Part shown: positions 13,401 to 25,796 of the stretch, one piece after another
Numbering within the stretch: the stretch's first letter is position 1
Layout of the letters: the number at the start of each line of letters is the position of its first letter
DNA from: Phyllosticta citribraziliensis
Lineage: Eukaryota
Reading direction: 5' to 3'
NCBI RefSeq assembly: GCF_038025025.1
Contig: NW_027117347.1
Coordinates: 1,364,001-1,428,000 of the forward strand
Length of the DNA stretch: 64,000 bases
Position numbers and translations under genes: made by a program
Notes under the pieces: generated by a model
What the model was told of the DNA's origin: nothing
Database searches by the model: none
What the model saw: the letters and a program-made list of their open reading frames with translations, nothing else

Positions 13401-14934
13401 CTAAGGATTCTAAAGATAAAACTACCTTCTATATAAGATATAGGTTATTTAAATACTATATCTTGCTATTTAGATTAAGTAATAGACCTATAGCCTTTTA
13501 ATATTTTATTAACTAGGTTCTCTTTAAGTATTTAGACGATTTTATTATAGCTTTTATAAATAACATGCTTATTATCTCTAAAAACCCTATAGAGTATAAG
13601 GAATAAGTAAAAAAAGTACTAGATAAGAAAAGCATCACGCGAGCTAGCTTAGATTTTAACTAATAAGTAGTTAAATTGCTAAGTAGAAACTATAATATAT
13701 AAGTAAGGCATGCTGTTACCTAAGGCCAAGATGTATTTAGTGCGCTCTTATACTTTAGAACTACTAAGGCGCGCCTATATAGTTAGTTAGATAAGAATCC
13801 CTTATATTAGTAAGATAAACTTACTTATATAACACTCTCTATATTCTTATAAGGGATATAAAGTGTTAACTTAAAGTCCTACTTAATAGGTGCCTTATTA
13901 GAGCTAACTAGTAATGCTGTAATATAAATCTTACTATTACTGCTATTATGTAAAGTAGTAGGTAGTAAGTACTTAGCTACTAGAACCTAATAAGCTATAG
14001 GATTATAATAATAGTATATATAAGTAGGCTCTTTACCTTCTTCCTCTAAAATAGGCTGTATAATAGTAAACTAGTAGTAATATAGCATAATAGGCTGGTT
14101 AGTAGCAGGCTGTATAGCTATAGATAATGAACCTTGCGCGATAACTAATAATACTAATTAAGTAGAACCTAATACTATAGTATGCTATAGGTAAAGTAAT
14201 AAGCCTATAGCTGTTCCTAGCTAAATAAGTAAAGCCTGGCCTAACTAAGTATTTATATAAGTGTCCTCCTCTATAATTATATTAGTTAGTAGGATAGGAT
14301 AATAAAGTAGTAAAACCTAGATATATAATACTACTTAATAGCCTAGATAATAATTAGTAATAGTTTAAAGAGATAGAAGGTTTACTTACCTTAGGACTCT
14401 ATATAATAGTCTTTATAGATACTACTAGCTAAAATAGCTCTCTAAGTAAGCGGCAACTATAATAGATTGCGAATAATACTGTATAATAATAACTTAATAC
14501 TATAACTCTTATATAATAGTAATAAGTCCTAATAGACTGGACTATAATAAGTAGTAGATATATTAAGTATATAGCAGCTAGGAATGTCTACTTTACTATT
14601 AGTAGGGTATAAATTATTTAAATTATTAGAACCTTTACGCGTGATAGTTAGTTTACTAGATTATAGCTAAATTAGACTGGGATAACAACATACTTTAATA
14701 GGGAGCTTTAGATATAGCTAAGTAAGATAGTAACCTTCTATAGGTTATATAGTAAAAGAGATAGTAATAGAAAGAGATAGTATAGTAGTAGACCTAGACT
14801 AATAATTATACTTTATAACTATATAGAATGCTTAAATTACTAAATCACTACTATTATATATTATAAGTCTGTGCCTATATAAGCGCCTATAGCTACTAAT
14901 TCCTATAATTTTAGCTTCTCTTTAGGGGGGGGCA

Positions 14935-15357
14935 TGTTATAATAGGTATATATATACCTATATAAGTACTAGGGCCAGTATAGATAAACCTAGTATTATA
15001 TAGTTATAGGAAGTATGAGCCTTACCTTAGGTAGCAGCCTACTACAGCTTAGGCTAAAACCTATAGGCTAGTACCAGCTACTATAGCCTAGTACTAGCTA
15101 CTATAGCCTTAGAAAGATACTATATAATAGCCTATTAATACCTTACCTTTATAACTTATCTAATAATAACTAAGGACCCTTATATAAAGGATAAGAGGTA
15201 GAATAGTATAAAGGAAGGACTAAGAAATATATAGATAGTAAATATCTTTTATATTTTATTCTTTTAACTTATTATATTTAATTAAGATATATATATATTC
15301 TCTAGCAGTTTACCTTTAGCCCTCACCTATATAATAAGAAATCTACGAGTCGTAACA
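14935..15357 (+). repeat. 3' LTR of copy B
   Basis: 423 bp, TGTTATAA...TCGTAACA, followed by AATAG. Confidence 0.95.
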
Positions 15358-15362
15358 AATAG

Positions 15363-16540
15363 TATATTAGGTATAGGAATATATAGGAAGGTACCTTATT
15401 TTATTAGGGGTTCCTATATAAAATAAGGTACCTCCCTACTAGATTATATACCTAGATAGACTATTTTATATATTAAATCTATAAGTATAAGTTTACCTCT
15501 CTTATATAAGGTCTTTAGGTAGTTATTCTTTATAAAGATTAGTCTAGATAATTTAGTTATTATACCCTTAACCTTATATATTAATATTACTCTCTCTATA
15601 TACTATTACTTCTTAGTTAAGTATACTATAGCTTTCTCTATCTAAATAACTTTAGGGTTATAATAATCTACTATATATAGATTAGGTACTATTTTATAGG
15701 TTAAGCTAATTTATCCCTAAATTATAGCCTACTTAAGATATTTACTACCTATATTATAAAGATATTAAAGACTATACTTAAGATGTCTAGTACCTTATAG
15801 GAATTTTAAGAGGGTAGAAGTACTACTATAGCTATTAATAATTAGCCCTATTATATAGGCCTATAGCCTATTATTAATCTTAATTTAATCTACTAAGTTA
15901 AGATTATAGTTATATAGCTCTAAGAGCTTAATATCTACTATATTACTATCCTTAGAAAAGATTACTTATATATAGCTATTATACTACTTACCCTCTTAAA
16001 TCTATTAAAACTACTCTTATTTATTATAGTCCTCCTCCTCTTCTATAATAGCTAAACTAGCCTTAATCTTATACTTCTTAATAGCTATAGGGCTATACTT
16101 ATTAGAGTTCTAGACCTTTATATAGATATAATAGTTATAGTAATAGGTAAGTTAACTACTAGACTTAGTCTAGTACTTATACTAGTATAACTAGATATTT
16201 AAGATATATAGAAAGTATATATTAAAGTCTTTAATTAAAACTTAATAGGTAGGATTACTATCTTTATTAGGGTATAGGTATATAAGGTACTTATACTAGA
16301 TAGTAAGGTCTAGAGGATTTTATAGGAGAGGATAGCTAGTAGTTTTAGCTTATATATAGTTAATATAAGGATGACCTATTATAGTAGATATAGTAGTAGT
16401 AGTTATAGTAATAGTAATAGTAGTAGTAGTAGTAAGAAGTATAAGAGAAGTACTTAGTAAACTTAGTAAGTAGTGCCCTTTATAATATATAGTTTAGTAG
16501 TTAATATTATAAATAATACTATATAAATTTATATGGTACT
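15363..16540 (-). mobile_element. Continuation (5' part) of the host MULE-like relic
   Basis: Joins 8483-10038 once copy B and one TSD copy are removed; heavily RIP-mutated; terminal inverted repeat not identified. Confidence 0.5.
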
Positions 16541-17111
16541 GGAAGTACTAGTGACTGGCTAGTTATGCTATAGGAAGGTGGCTAGGCGCGCATATAGCCT
16601 GTAGCTTTAGGGTAGTTTTGTTGCAGCTGATTAGACGCGTTGATTTCCTCCGACGCGTCTGTGAACCTTTCTCTCTGTTTTCCCTCCCTCCCACTTCTGA
16701 CGTGTTTATCTCGGTTAACACTTCCTGAGGCGCACTCCAATGACAGATAAGGTGGGTCGTCACTCGTCTGTGTATGTAGTCAATCATGTGAAGAGGAGAA
16801 GATATTGTCCTATCCCTTCAACTATCTACATACCAAAGCAACTACTCGTACCTACAGTCAAATTGAAGACGTTAAAACCCGCTTCAACAAACTGTTGGTC
16901 ACACTGCTAAGTACAGATCCACTAAATATTGCTATCTCTCAGCACGTGCAGTGGAGCCATTAGCGCAATTACTCCTCATATAACTTGCCTTGCTCGTGCG
17001 CATTCTCCACTGCGCTTCTCTTCACCACCCTCGTCTTCCTCATCAACGTGCCGTCACTACACGAGGCACAGATTCATTCCCGCCAGGATTTCTTCTTCAC
17101 AGAGGCATCTC

Positions 17112-18156
17112 ATGATGGCCGATGGACATGTCTCCTCCGATCCTGATGTCACGAGTCTTTTGGAATACCATGACAGCGAATTCACAAATAAGAAGTTTTC
17201 GGACTTCACGATACGGTGCCAGGGGAGGGAATTCTTTGTTCACAGGGTTATATTAGCTGCAAGGTCGGCATTCTTCAACAAAGCTTTTAACCCTACCTCT
17301 TTATGGACTGTTCGTATCTTCCCTAGGACACGAGGGGTGCAAAGCTGATCCTCTGTAGGAAGCCAAAACTGGGACAATGGACCTAGAGGAAGACGATCCC
17401 GACATTGTCCACCAAATGCTGTGTTACTGCTACTGCCCAGCTGAATTTCAAACAACAGAAAAGTTTAAGTTGTCGTTGATGAACGAACCGAGGCCAGATG
17501 TGGAAGCAAAATTAAAATCGTGGATACTGCTTCACGCCTTGGCCGACAGATTTTTGATCGAGGGACTCAAAACAAAGATCATTCGCCACTTCGAACTAAT
17601 GATCAATGCCTCTGGTTTCCGATACTATATTTGCGGTGGCGATTTCAAAAATAACAGAAAACATCTCTCGCCGGCAGGAGTTGGAAGGATCGCCCGTGCG
17701 GTCTTCGAGACGACTCACGAAAGGGACACCCGCTTGCGAACCGTGACTCTCTCGTTGGTCTCGCTCATTCTCCCGATGCTTGGGGCCAGCAGTCGTTTTG
17801 TTGCAGAAGTCAGCAGAATCGAAGACTTTTGGATGCTTTTGGCCATGAATCACGCGAAAGTTGACTTTCGAGCCCGGACATGCCCTAGTTGCTGCGAAAT
17901 TGACGTTGCGGAACTGAGGGAACATTCTCTATTTGAGGATATGTCGCTGGATGACGGTCGCAGGAGTCACAAGAAGTTCAATCGCGGCAAGTTCCAGTGC
18001 GACAGTTGCAACGCGCTGCACACTGTCGACGAATGGAACGCTTTGCATTCTCGTTGGGAATCTGATATTGCTCAGATTCTGGTCCCATGGGACTCCGAAG
18101 ACGAAGAAAGCATCGACAGCCGTGGTACTTCAAAGAAAAGGAGGCGGGTGGGCTAA
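17112..18156 (+). CDS. BTB/POZ protein with C-terminal CxxC...CxxC (paralog 1, ~331 aa)
   Basis: Exons 17112-17309 and 17359-18156 (phase-0 GT..AG intron). SDFTIRCQGREFFVHRVILAARSAFF, EDDPDIVHQMLCYCY, ADRFLIEGLK; CPSC...CDSC; ends KKRRRVG. Confidence 0.88.
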
Positions 18157-18644
18157 GGCTTCCTCGGCCTATCTCAAGAACGCTTCTCCCTAGAAGCCGC
18201 TGGTTGAACCCTTTCCGCAGTCTGGTGGGGGTGGTCAACACTGCGAGCTCACGCTCAGACTGCCACCTCGATTCTCAGATCTGTATTTTGAACGGTGTTC
18301 ATTTTTGGTTGGGCGCACGATCTTTCTGGTTGATTTTCGGCGTTTGGAATGGGAAAGGAGAGCCAGTGTCATTCAGTCCCTTCATCCGTCTTCGCGTCTC
18401 TTCCAGGTGTTACCCATGCTGTTTCGAAGCAGTCCGTACTGCCATTTGTTTGCCAGGTCTGAGTTTGCTGCGTGGGAGAAGGCAGCGAGCAGTTCTTTCT
18501 CTTTCCAGGCCTTGCGGGCCTTGTTTGCTTGTTGGCGTGATAGTTATATTGTAGCTGCCGCGAGCAGTCCTTTCAATCAAGCTGGCTCTTCGCTTTTGCT
18601 TCATCAGGACCACTCCTGGCTCTACTCTCCCGTGTCTGATACAA

Positions 18645-19661
18645 ATGTCGCAACGACAGTCACCAGACACTCCTGATGGAGTTGGTGGGCAGCCCGAACT
18701 CACCCATGCCATGGCGTCGGCCTCACTCAGCTCAGGCGACAGATGGACGTTCCCGCTCGAAGAATTTGCAAAGAGAAACTTTCAAGTTACCAACAGAGGC
18801 ACAGATATCACTCTTCGTTGCCAAGGCAACATATTCCACGCTCACAGCGTTTTGTTGTGTGCAGAGTCGGAGTTCTTCAATAGGGCCTGCGATCCGAATT
18901 CCCCTTTCAAGGTTCGTCTTCCATTCACTCCGTATGAATCCGTTTGGAGCTGATGAGCTTTGACGTAGAAAACGAGTGATTTCGACTTCGACGAGGAAGA
19001 TCCGATCGCTGTATAGCTCATGCTCAGCCATTGCTACCACTGCCACGGATGGGGCCCTTTAGATGAGGTCCTTAAACACGGTGCGGCGAAGATAACTCCA
19101 GCAGAACAGTTAAAACGTACAATCCTAGTATATGTAATTGCAGACAAGTACCAATTCCTTGCGCTTAAGGAATCGAGGATCCCGGTTTTCGAATAACTAT
19201 TATTGATCGTTTTCAAGCCCGTACTGCTCAAAGAAAAACTGTTTGCCTGGATTCCTGGAGCTGATCTCTGGACTTCTAGTGTAGGTCAGATCATCACCCT
19301 TTTTTTCGAGAAAGTCCCCTATACAGATAGACGACTGCGGCGCTTGGTCCTATTCTATACGTCTAAAATCATTAAAACCCTCATGGTTTGGAAGAAGTTT
19401 CGAAACGAGATTTGCAAGATTGACGGCTTCTGGGAGGATTGGGCGCACTTCACCATGGTTGAGGCAGGAGATCGGCCTCGGAAATGTCCTTCTTGTGGAC
19501 ACGCAGTCTGTATAGACATGATGGAGTATCTGGCGATGGCGAAGTTGTACAAGTGTCCTTCCTGCCCGGCAAGTCATATGGTTGAGGAGTGGAACTGGGC
19601 GTGGGATGTTGAGTGCGATTCGGAGGGCGGAGTTTCTCAGAACCAGGAGGTCGAAGTGTAG
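18645..19661 (+). pseudogene. BTB/POZ-CxxC paralog 2 with two premature stops
   Basis: Exons 18645-18911 and 18969-19661; in-frame TAG at 19014 and TAA at 19194, no frameshift. TDITLRCQGNIFHAHSVLLCAESEFF, ADKYQFLALK, IDGFW, CPSC...CPSC. Confidence 0.85.
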
Positions 19662-20745
19662 CCTGTCTGTAGAGACCAGAAAACGACTCGCTGGACTCTT
19701 TGTCCCGCTCAGAATTCAATTCATTGTTGGCAAGGGCAACGGACCCAAGCTGCGAGACGGACGATTGAGATGGAGTTGTGAGGGATGGCCAACTTTCTTC
19801 AAACATGTGGATCCCGAGAGCTGTCCATGGTCAATGGTCGATTTTCCTCTTTTCCGGCAATCTGGGGGCCTGGGATTTCGCGCGGACTAACAGTTGTCGG
19901 CCAGAGAATGACCTGTCGTCAACACTTGCAGGCATCCTCACCAACGTGAAGCAGTAGGCGTGAAGTGGGCCGGAACCGTTGCATTGCTTTGTCTCGGAGA
20001 GGACGCGCGCGAAGACGACGCGACGGGAGATTGCTTGGTGTTGTTACACAAGACCACCGACAACCGGTAAGTGGCCGCGCCAGTCACCAATTACGTCACT
20101 GCGCCCGAAGCGACATGGAGTTCGTCGGCGCTCAGGCCTCCCTACCAACCTCCATCGAGGCGAGTCCTTGTCGATTTCTTGCGTGCCTTGCTATCGCACC
20201 ACCGCACTACCGCACTCTCGCCCTCGCCGGCATCCACCCCTGAGTACCGAGATTCGGAAAGCAGAATACGCGACACACATAATGAGGATTGCAACTTGAG
20301 CTTGAACGCTCCTCAGCATCAGTGTTGAGTGGCGTGAACACTCTGAGCACTCTGGATTTGAGTGGCTCAAATTCTCACTGTCTGTCTTCTGTTGACAAGC
20401 ATAGACAATCCCGCTGGCCCTCTCTACCTATTCGTAGGAGTAGTGTGCGACAATTTTGGCTACGAGGCCTCGTAACTTGGTACCAAAATGGCCGCCGACC
20501 GTAACAGAACCAGATTTCTTCTGTTATGTTATCTTAGAGCGAGCGGTCTATTCTGCAGTTTCCTCCGACATCTTCCTGCGTGTCGCACACCGCACGCTGT
20601 TTTCTTTCTCCACTCTACCAAAATTCTCTCTTGTAGCTCCTCTTCTCATCGTTCTCATCCACAAACCACGACCGCTCATCAAACAGATGCGGGAAACTCA
20701 AGCTAAAGGTTCCAAGAGGAGATGTGGCTTTTGACGGTCCCCAAG

Positions 20746-21709
20746 ATGACTCAATTCACTGGAAGTTCTTCGCCTCTGGTTTTGGGACTGTCTAAGTTTC
20801 CTTACAGCAAATTCACTGACAAGACTCACACGGATCTCACCATCCGCTGCCAAGGGAGAGAGTTTTATGCCCACAAGATCATACTGGCCACGAAATCGGG
20901 TTTCTTTTTCAAGGCATGCGACCCAAAATCCCCATGGATTGTCCGTATTCAGTCTCCGCAGCAGTTTACGCAAAGCTGACCGCCATGCACAGGAGGCCAG
21001 GACCGGGGTCATCAACCTCAACGAAGAGCATCCCGTGATGGTCGAGGCTATGCTCGAGTTCTGCTACAGGGGAGAGGAAAGCTCCTTCTTAGACACAGTC
21101 GTCGGCAAGCTAGGCGGCGATGGTGCAGAAGCAGAGCTGCGATTCTACGTACATTTGAACGCCATGGGAGACAAATACCAGATAGAGCCTCTCAAGTACC
21201 ACGCCTTCCGCCACTTCGAAGAGCTGGCCACGGAATCTTTCAACGCCCAGTACACGGGTTACGGGAAGCCGATCACGCCGGCAGGCGTCGCAAGAATCGC
21301 ACGCGACATCCTCGAAACGACCCACGACACAGATAGCTCCTCGGATTACCCCCTGAGAATTTTCTTTCTCTGCGAACTCTCTCAGAGAGTCGACACCTTT
21401 CGGCGCAGCAAGCGCTTCACCGCCGAAGCCGATCGAATCGACGGCTTTTGGGAGACGACGAGCAAGGTCAACGCCGAGTTTGGCTACCGCTTGCGCCACT
21501 GTCTGGTTTGCGGGCATCTTCAGGCTGAGGACTTGAGGCTGAAGGTCTCGTGCCTTATACTGTGCACGAGGTGCGGCCAGTCTTCTAACGCCATCGCGTG
21601 GAATAAACACAATTCACGAATAGATGCGACCGCCATGGAGCCAGACACGGAATCTGAGGAGGAACGCAGTGGTAAGAAAAGTTCCAAGTCGAAGAAGCAA
21701 GGCGCTTGA
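20746..21709 (+). CDS. BTB/POZ-CxxC paralog 3 (~303 aa; alternative ATG at 20722)
   Basis: Exons 20746-20940 and 20993-21709. TDLTIRCQGREFYAHKIILATKSGFF, EEHPVMVEAMLEFCY, GDKYQIEPLK, IDGFW, CLVC...CTRC. Confidence 0.88.
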
Positions 21710-22215
21710 AGAGTCGCTCGTCGAGGCGCACTTCAGTCGGCACCCCTGAAATTCTCGTTTGGCTCCAGAATCACACCGCCCAACGCCGCCACGTCTACAT
21801 GCTCAGCGAATCAACGAGCAGAATCCCGGAATATTCCAACCGAACTGGGGCATAGGGCAGAAGACTGAGGTTGAAATGTGGTTGCTTGCTTTTTCACCGG
21901 CTGCGGACGGACTTCCGCAAAGCTTCTGTCGACGACATCACAACTTCTGGATCATGCCCGATTGATCCAGCTGGAGCTGGGATGGCAGGTCAGCGGGTGG
22001 AAGTTTGGTGTTTGATAAGGGCACCGTCATGATTCACGCGCGTTGTTTGGCTTTGTCTCACTGTTTAGACTTCGCGGCACGACGTATCGTATATGTTTGC
22101 CGCACTCTCGCCCAGTATCCAATTCTTCTTCCTCCTCCGCTTGCCCGTTGTGTTCGATCTCGCTCTCTACACTGAGTCATCAGGACTTGTGCCTCCAAAG
22201 TCCCCAATTGCAAAG

Positions 22216-23183
22216 ATGCCGCCGGAAAAGAAAGATGCCGAGTCTGAACTCGTGCAGTTGGAGCAATTCCCAAAAAGCAATTTTCAATTGAAGAAACACA
22301 CGGACCTCACGATCATCTGCCAAGGCAAAAAGTTCCATGCCCATAAGCTCATTTTGAGCATGAAATCGGGGTTCTTCCAAAAAGTTCTTGACGCGGATAG
22401 GCAATTCGGCGTGCGTCCGCTTACCCCTGTTCGTGACATATCGCTCGACCTCGCTGACTTAAATAGAATTTCAAGATGAGCATAGTCAATCTGGACAAAG
22501 ACGTTCCCGAGCTTGTTCAAAGGATGCTCGAGTTCTGCTATACAGAGAAGTTTGACGAGTACCCTGGTCCCCCCCTCGTGCCGCATCACTGGAACATTGC
22601 CAATAAGAAGATGCATTTATACATTGAATTATACACGGTGGCGCACGAATATAATATCGAAGCGCTCAAGGAAGCAATCCTAGAGAAAGCCCGTCAAACG
22701 CTGGGAATACTCTCGAACCAAAGGCCGACTACTAATGCGAAAATCTCACCACTGAGCGCGGCAAGCATTGCCCGCAAGGTGTTCAAGGATCGCTGCTCAG
22801 ATGACGGGATGCGACTCCTGGTTCTTTGCGAGATAATGAAGAACATCGATGATCTCATGCTGGACCTTCAATTCAGGGACACAATCGACCAAATCAATGG
22901 CTTTTGGAAAAATCTAACTCACTTGGGAGCAGTTGTACGGACGGCAGCCATCTGCTGCCCCCTCTGTACAAAGACATCGACTCGAAACGGCTGCATGGCC
23001 GAGGAATTACGTCCAAAGGCGGAGCGTCAGTGCAAGCATTGCGGAAAAATCTCCCCTTTCGACGTTTGGCTTGCGAATAGCAACGAGATACCATATCTTG
23101 TGGTAGATCCACCAAGCGACGATGAGGAGGAGAGCACGACAATTATGACTCCCAGCACGGAATACTCGATTGTCTCCAGATGA
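22216..23183 (+). CDS. BTB/POZ-CxxC paralog 4 (~303 aa)
   Basis: Exons 22216-22410 and 22467-23183. TDLTIICQGKKFHAHKLILSMKSGFF, VPELVQRMLEFCY, AHEYNIEALK, INGFW, CPLC...CKHC. Confidence 0.88.
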
Positions 23184-24154
23184 AGCGCGAAGAGCTTTTA
23201 TTTGACTTTGTTATTGTTCCAACCAGATTGTCAGAAGTTTTGTTTCCACAAATCTCTCAGCTGCTCTTTATCCACCCAATACTTCAAATGTAACGAGACT
23301 ACGGCTCAAGAGCAAACCACATAATCATTTCATTCACGCAAGGCACTCTGTCTCTACAGTCTGGACTACGAGTTATGTACCGCAGGGACTATGGCCGGGA
23401 GTTGGGGCAAGTAGAAATTGATCAGTCGAAGCAAACCAATCCTTCCACCTCCGAGATCTCCTTGACTTTGAAGTGAATGCCTGCAGATATTCCCAGGCGC
23501 GGCTGGAAACGGCTCCCGAGACTGTGAGGGAGACGTACCGTTTGACCTGTCGTGGAGGGCTTGATACTGCAGTCTTTGTTCGGGCGTGCTTTTCAGGAAG
23601 CCGTAGAGACTGCTTGAGATCTTTACGCCTCGACGCTCATATTCTGACCGCGTGTCCCCGATTGTGCAAACCTTAAGCAACCTGTCCCGCGCTCACCCTC
23701 TCCTTCTGCTCATACTTCTCAACCCATCAACAAAGAACGGCGAAAGAAGGCAAACAAACAGTCGTCAAGTCTTCGCAAGTCCCACGCACAATCGCCAAAT
23801 TAGAGTGACCAGATGCAGAACACGAGGAGAAAGAAACTCATTTTGCGATCATGGACTAACTCGTCTGCTGGTCCCGAAAGCTGTTAATACAAGATTGAAG
23901 AAAAGAGGAAGGACAAAAGCAAGAGACCGCCTGTGAACGCCCATCGCCGCCGTCGTCGCCGTCCCCATGTCAATGCCGTGCACGCATATTCCGACTATCC
24001 GACTGACCAATGCGCCCCTTGGGTGTTCGTAGTAGCCGTCCCATCCAATTCAACACCGGATCCAACGAATGCCACAGTCGTAAAAACAAGACTCCCTCCC
24101 AAGAACCATTCCAACCTTCCTCCCCTCCTCCTCAAAGTCTCACACGCAGCAGTC

Positions 24155-25796
24155 TCAGCGCTTCGACTTGCCATTGAATGCGCGACGAGTGGCGCCTCGG
24201 ATGGAGGAGAACATGCCCTCCTTGGCAGACGCCTGAGACGGACCATGAGCCGGGGTCTTGGTCGCGGGGTCCTCCGGCATGGTTACGCTGCGCTTAGATG
24301 CGTGTCCAGACGGCAGCGGACGAGGGCCATAAAGGCTGGAACCGGCAACAGAGGAGCCGTTGCTCTTGCGCTGCTGCTTTCTGCTGGGACGAAGCGGGGC
24401 GGGGACCAAGTGAAGCGTGTCCTTCGAGCCAAAGAGGCTGGAGCTGGCGCCGCAGTCGTCGCTCTGGCGCTGCTTGCTGCTGGGGCGGAGCGGGGCGGGG
24501 ACCAAGTGCAGCGTGTCCTCCGACGGCTTGAAGTTGTCGTCAAGCAGTGGAGACATGGACAGGCCCCAGGCTGTCGTCATGGCATCCGGAGAGTGCGGGT
24601 CGAAGGCGTCGCTCAGGCGCTCGACGACGGGCCTACTGCTGGGGAAGTCTGCGTCCAGCATTGGGGATTGCTCGCCGTCTGAGCCGAGCATGGTCATTAT
24701 CTCGTCGAAGAGGCGCGGAGAGCTGTAGGGCGTGCCGCCCGGGCTGCGCTCTCGAAGACGCGCCACTTGAGGGACACCCGGGATCGAGATGCCCTGGCGT
24801 TCGGTTTCCATGTCGGCGGTGTCATTGTGGCCGGCGCTGGCTGGAAGCTTGCCCTTGAGGCCGCTCGTGGTCGAGCTGTCCGAAACGACGCTGTCGCGGC
24901 GCTCGTGCTCTTCTTCGAGGAGGGCAAGGTGGTACTCATTGAGCGGGTGCCTGCTGTCGCATGGGCTCGTACTGGATGTGCCCGGCGTTGCGATCGCCTC
25001 GCGCTCGCGCTCAACTTTGAATGGGTCGGTGGGGTGAAGATGCCTTCCCGGGTGGCACATGCCCATTTCTTCGTCAATCGCGGCGGAACAGCCCTCACGC
25101 TGATTGCCCAACATGCGAGAGATGACTCCATGCATGGGGCTCTTCTGGCCAATCTTGCACGGACTCTCGACGACGTCACCCAGATTCGTCAGCGCCGCCT
25201 CGCAAGTCGCGCTGAGCATTGGAACACGGTACTGGGAGAACGTTAGAGCGAGGTTCATCAGAAATTCGGAGGGCTAGCTACTGACCTTGTAGTGATTGGC
25301 GTGGTACAAGTCAACAAGAGTGCGCAGCTGGGCCTCTGTCCTGGTGCCCTTCCTCAGCGGCGGAAGCTCGACACCGTAGCAGAATGCCACGAGCGGGCGA
25401 ACGAGGAGAGAATCCTCCTCCAGTAGGAGGTAGGTCATCTCGGTGTCCTTTTACGTGATCAGCATTGGGCTTGAGCTCAGCGGAGAGTGACTTACCGGCG
25501 AGGGCCTCTGCATCTCCATCGCAGCGGCCATCCACGGCGAACGCGTCAGACTGTTTTCTTGTCAGCGCGGACAGTGAGCTTTTCAGGCCGGGTTGACTTA
25601 CACAAGACGGTGAGCTTTCAGCTCAATACCGTCTCCGCAGCGGATCGTGACGTCCGAACCCTCCTTGGTGTGCCAAAGGCTATAAACATTGAGCGTAATC
25701 CGTAGAAATAGAACAGAGGACTCACGTCGAGAGGTTGCCAAAGTGATGCTGGCGGCGGGGCGTAACGGGCGCAATAGTAAGGCTCTGGGACATCAT
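24155..25796 (-). CDS. Five-exon BTB/POZ protein with long disordered C-terminus (~480 aa)
   Basis: Exons 25796-25726, 25679-25602, 25550-25496, 25447-25286 and 25231-24155 splice in frame through GT..AG introns, giving SDVTIRCGDGIELKAHRLVLTRSPWM...LEEDSLLVRPLVAFCYG...HYKYRVPML. Confidence 0.8.

Larger units (their letters stand above)
10039..15357 (+). mobile_element. Ty3/Gypsy retrotransposon copy B: both LTRs present, internally deleted
   Basis: LTRs 10039-10461 and 14935-15357; 5-bp TSD AATAG at 10034-10038 and 15358-15362; PPT at ~14924-14932; lacks 2911 bp present in copy A (junction at 13617-13622). Confidence 0.93.
1..16540. repeat. AT-rich RIP-mutated transposon block
   Basis: No ORF-track entries before 16563; very strong TpA excess with CpA/TpG depletion; duplicated segments differ mostly by C>T/G>A transitions; sharp shift to balanced GC near 16.5 kb. 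Confidence 0.95.
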
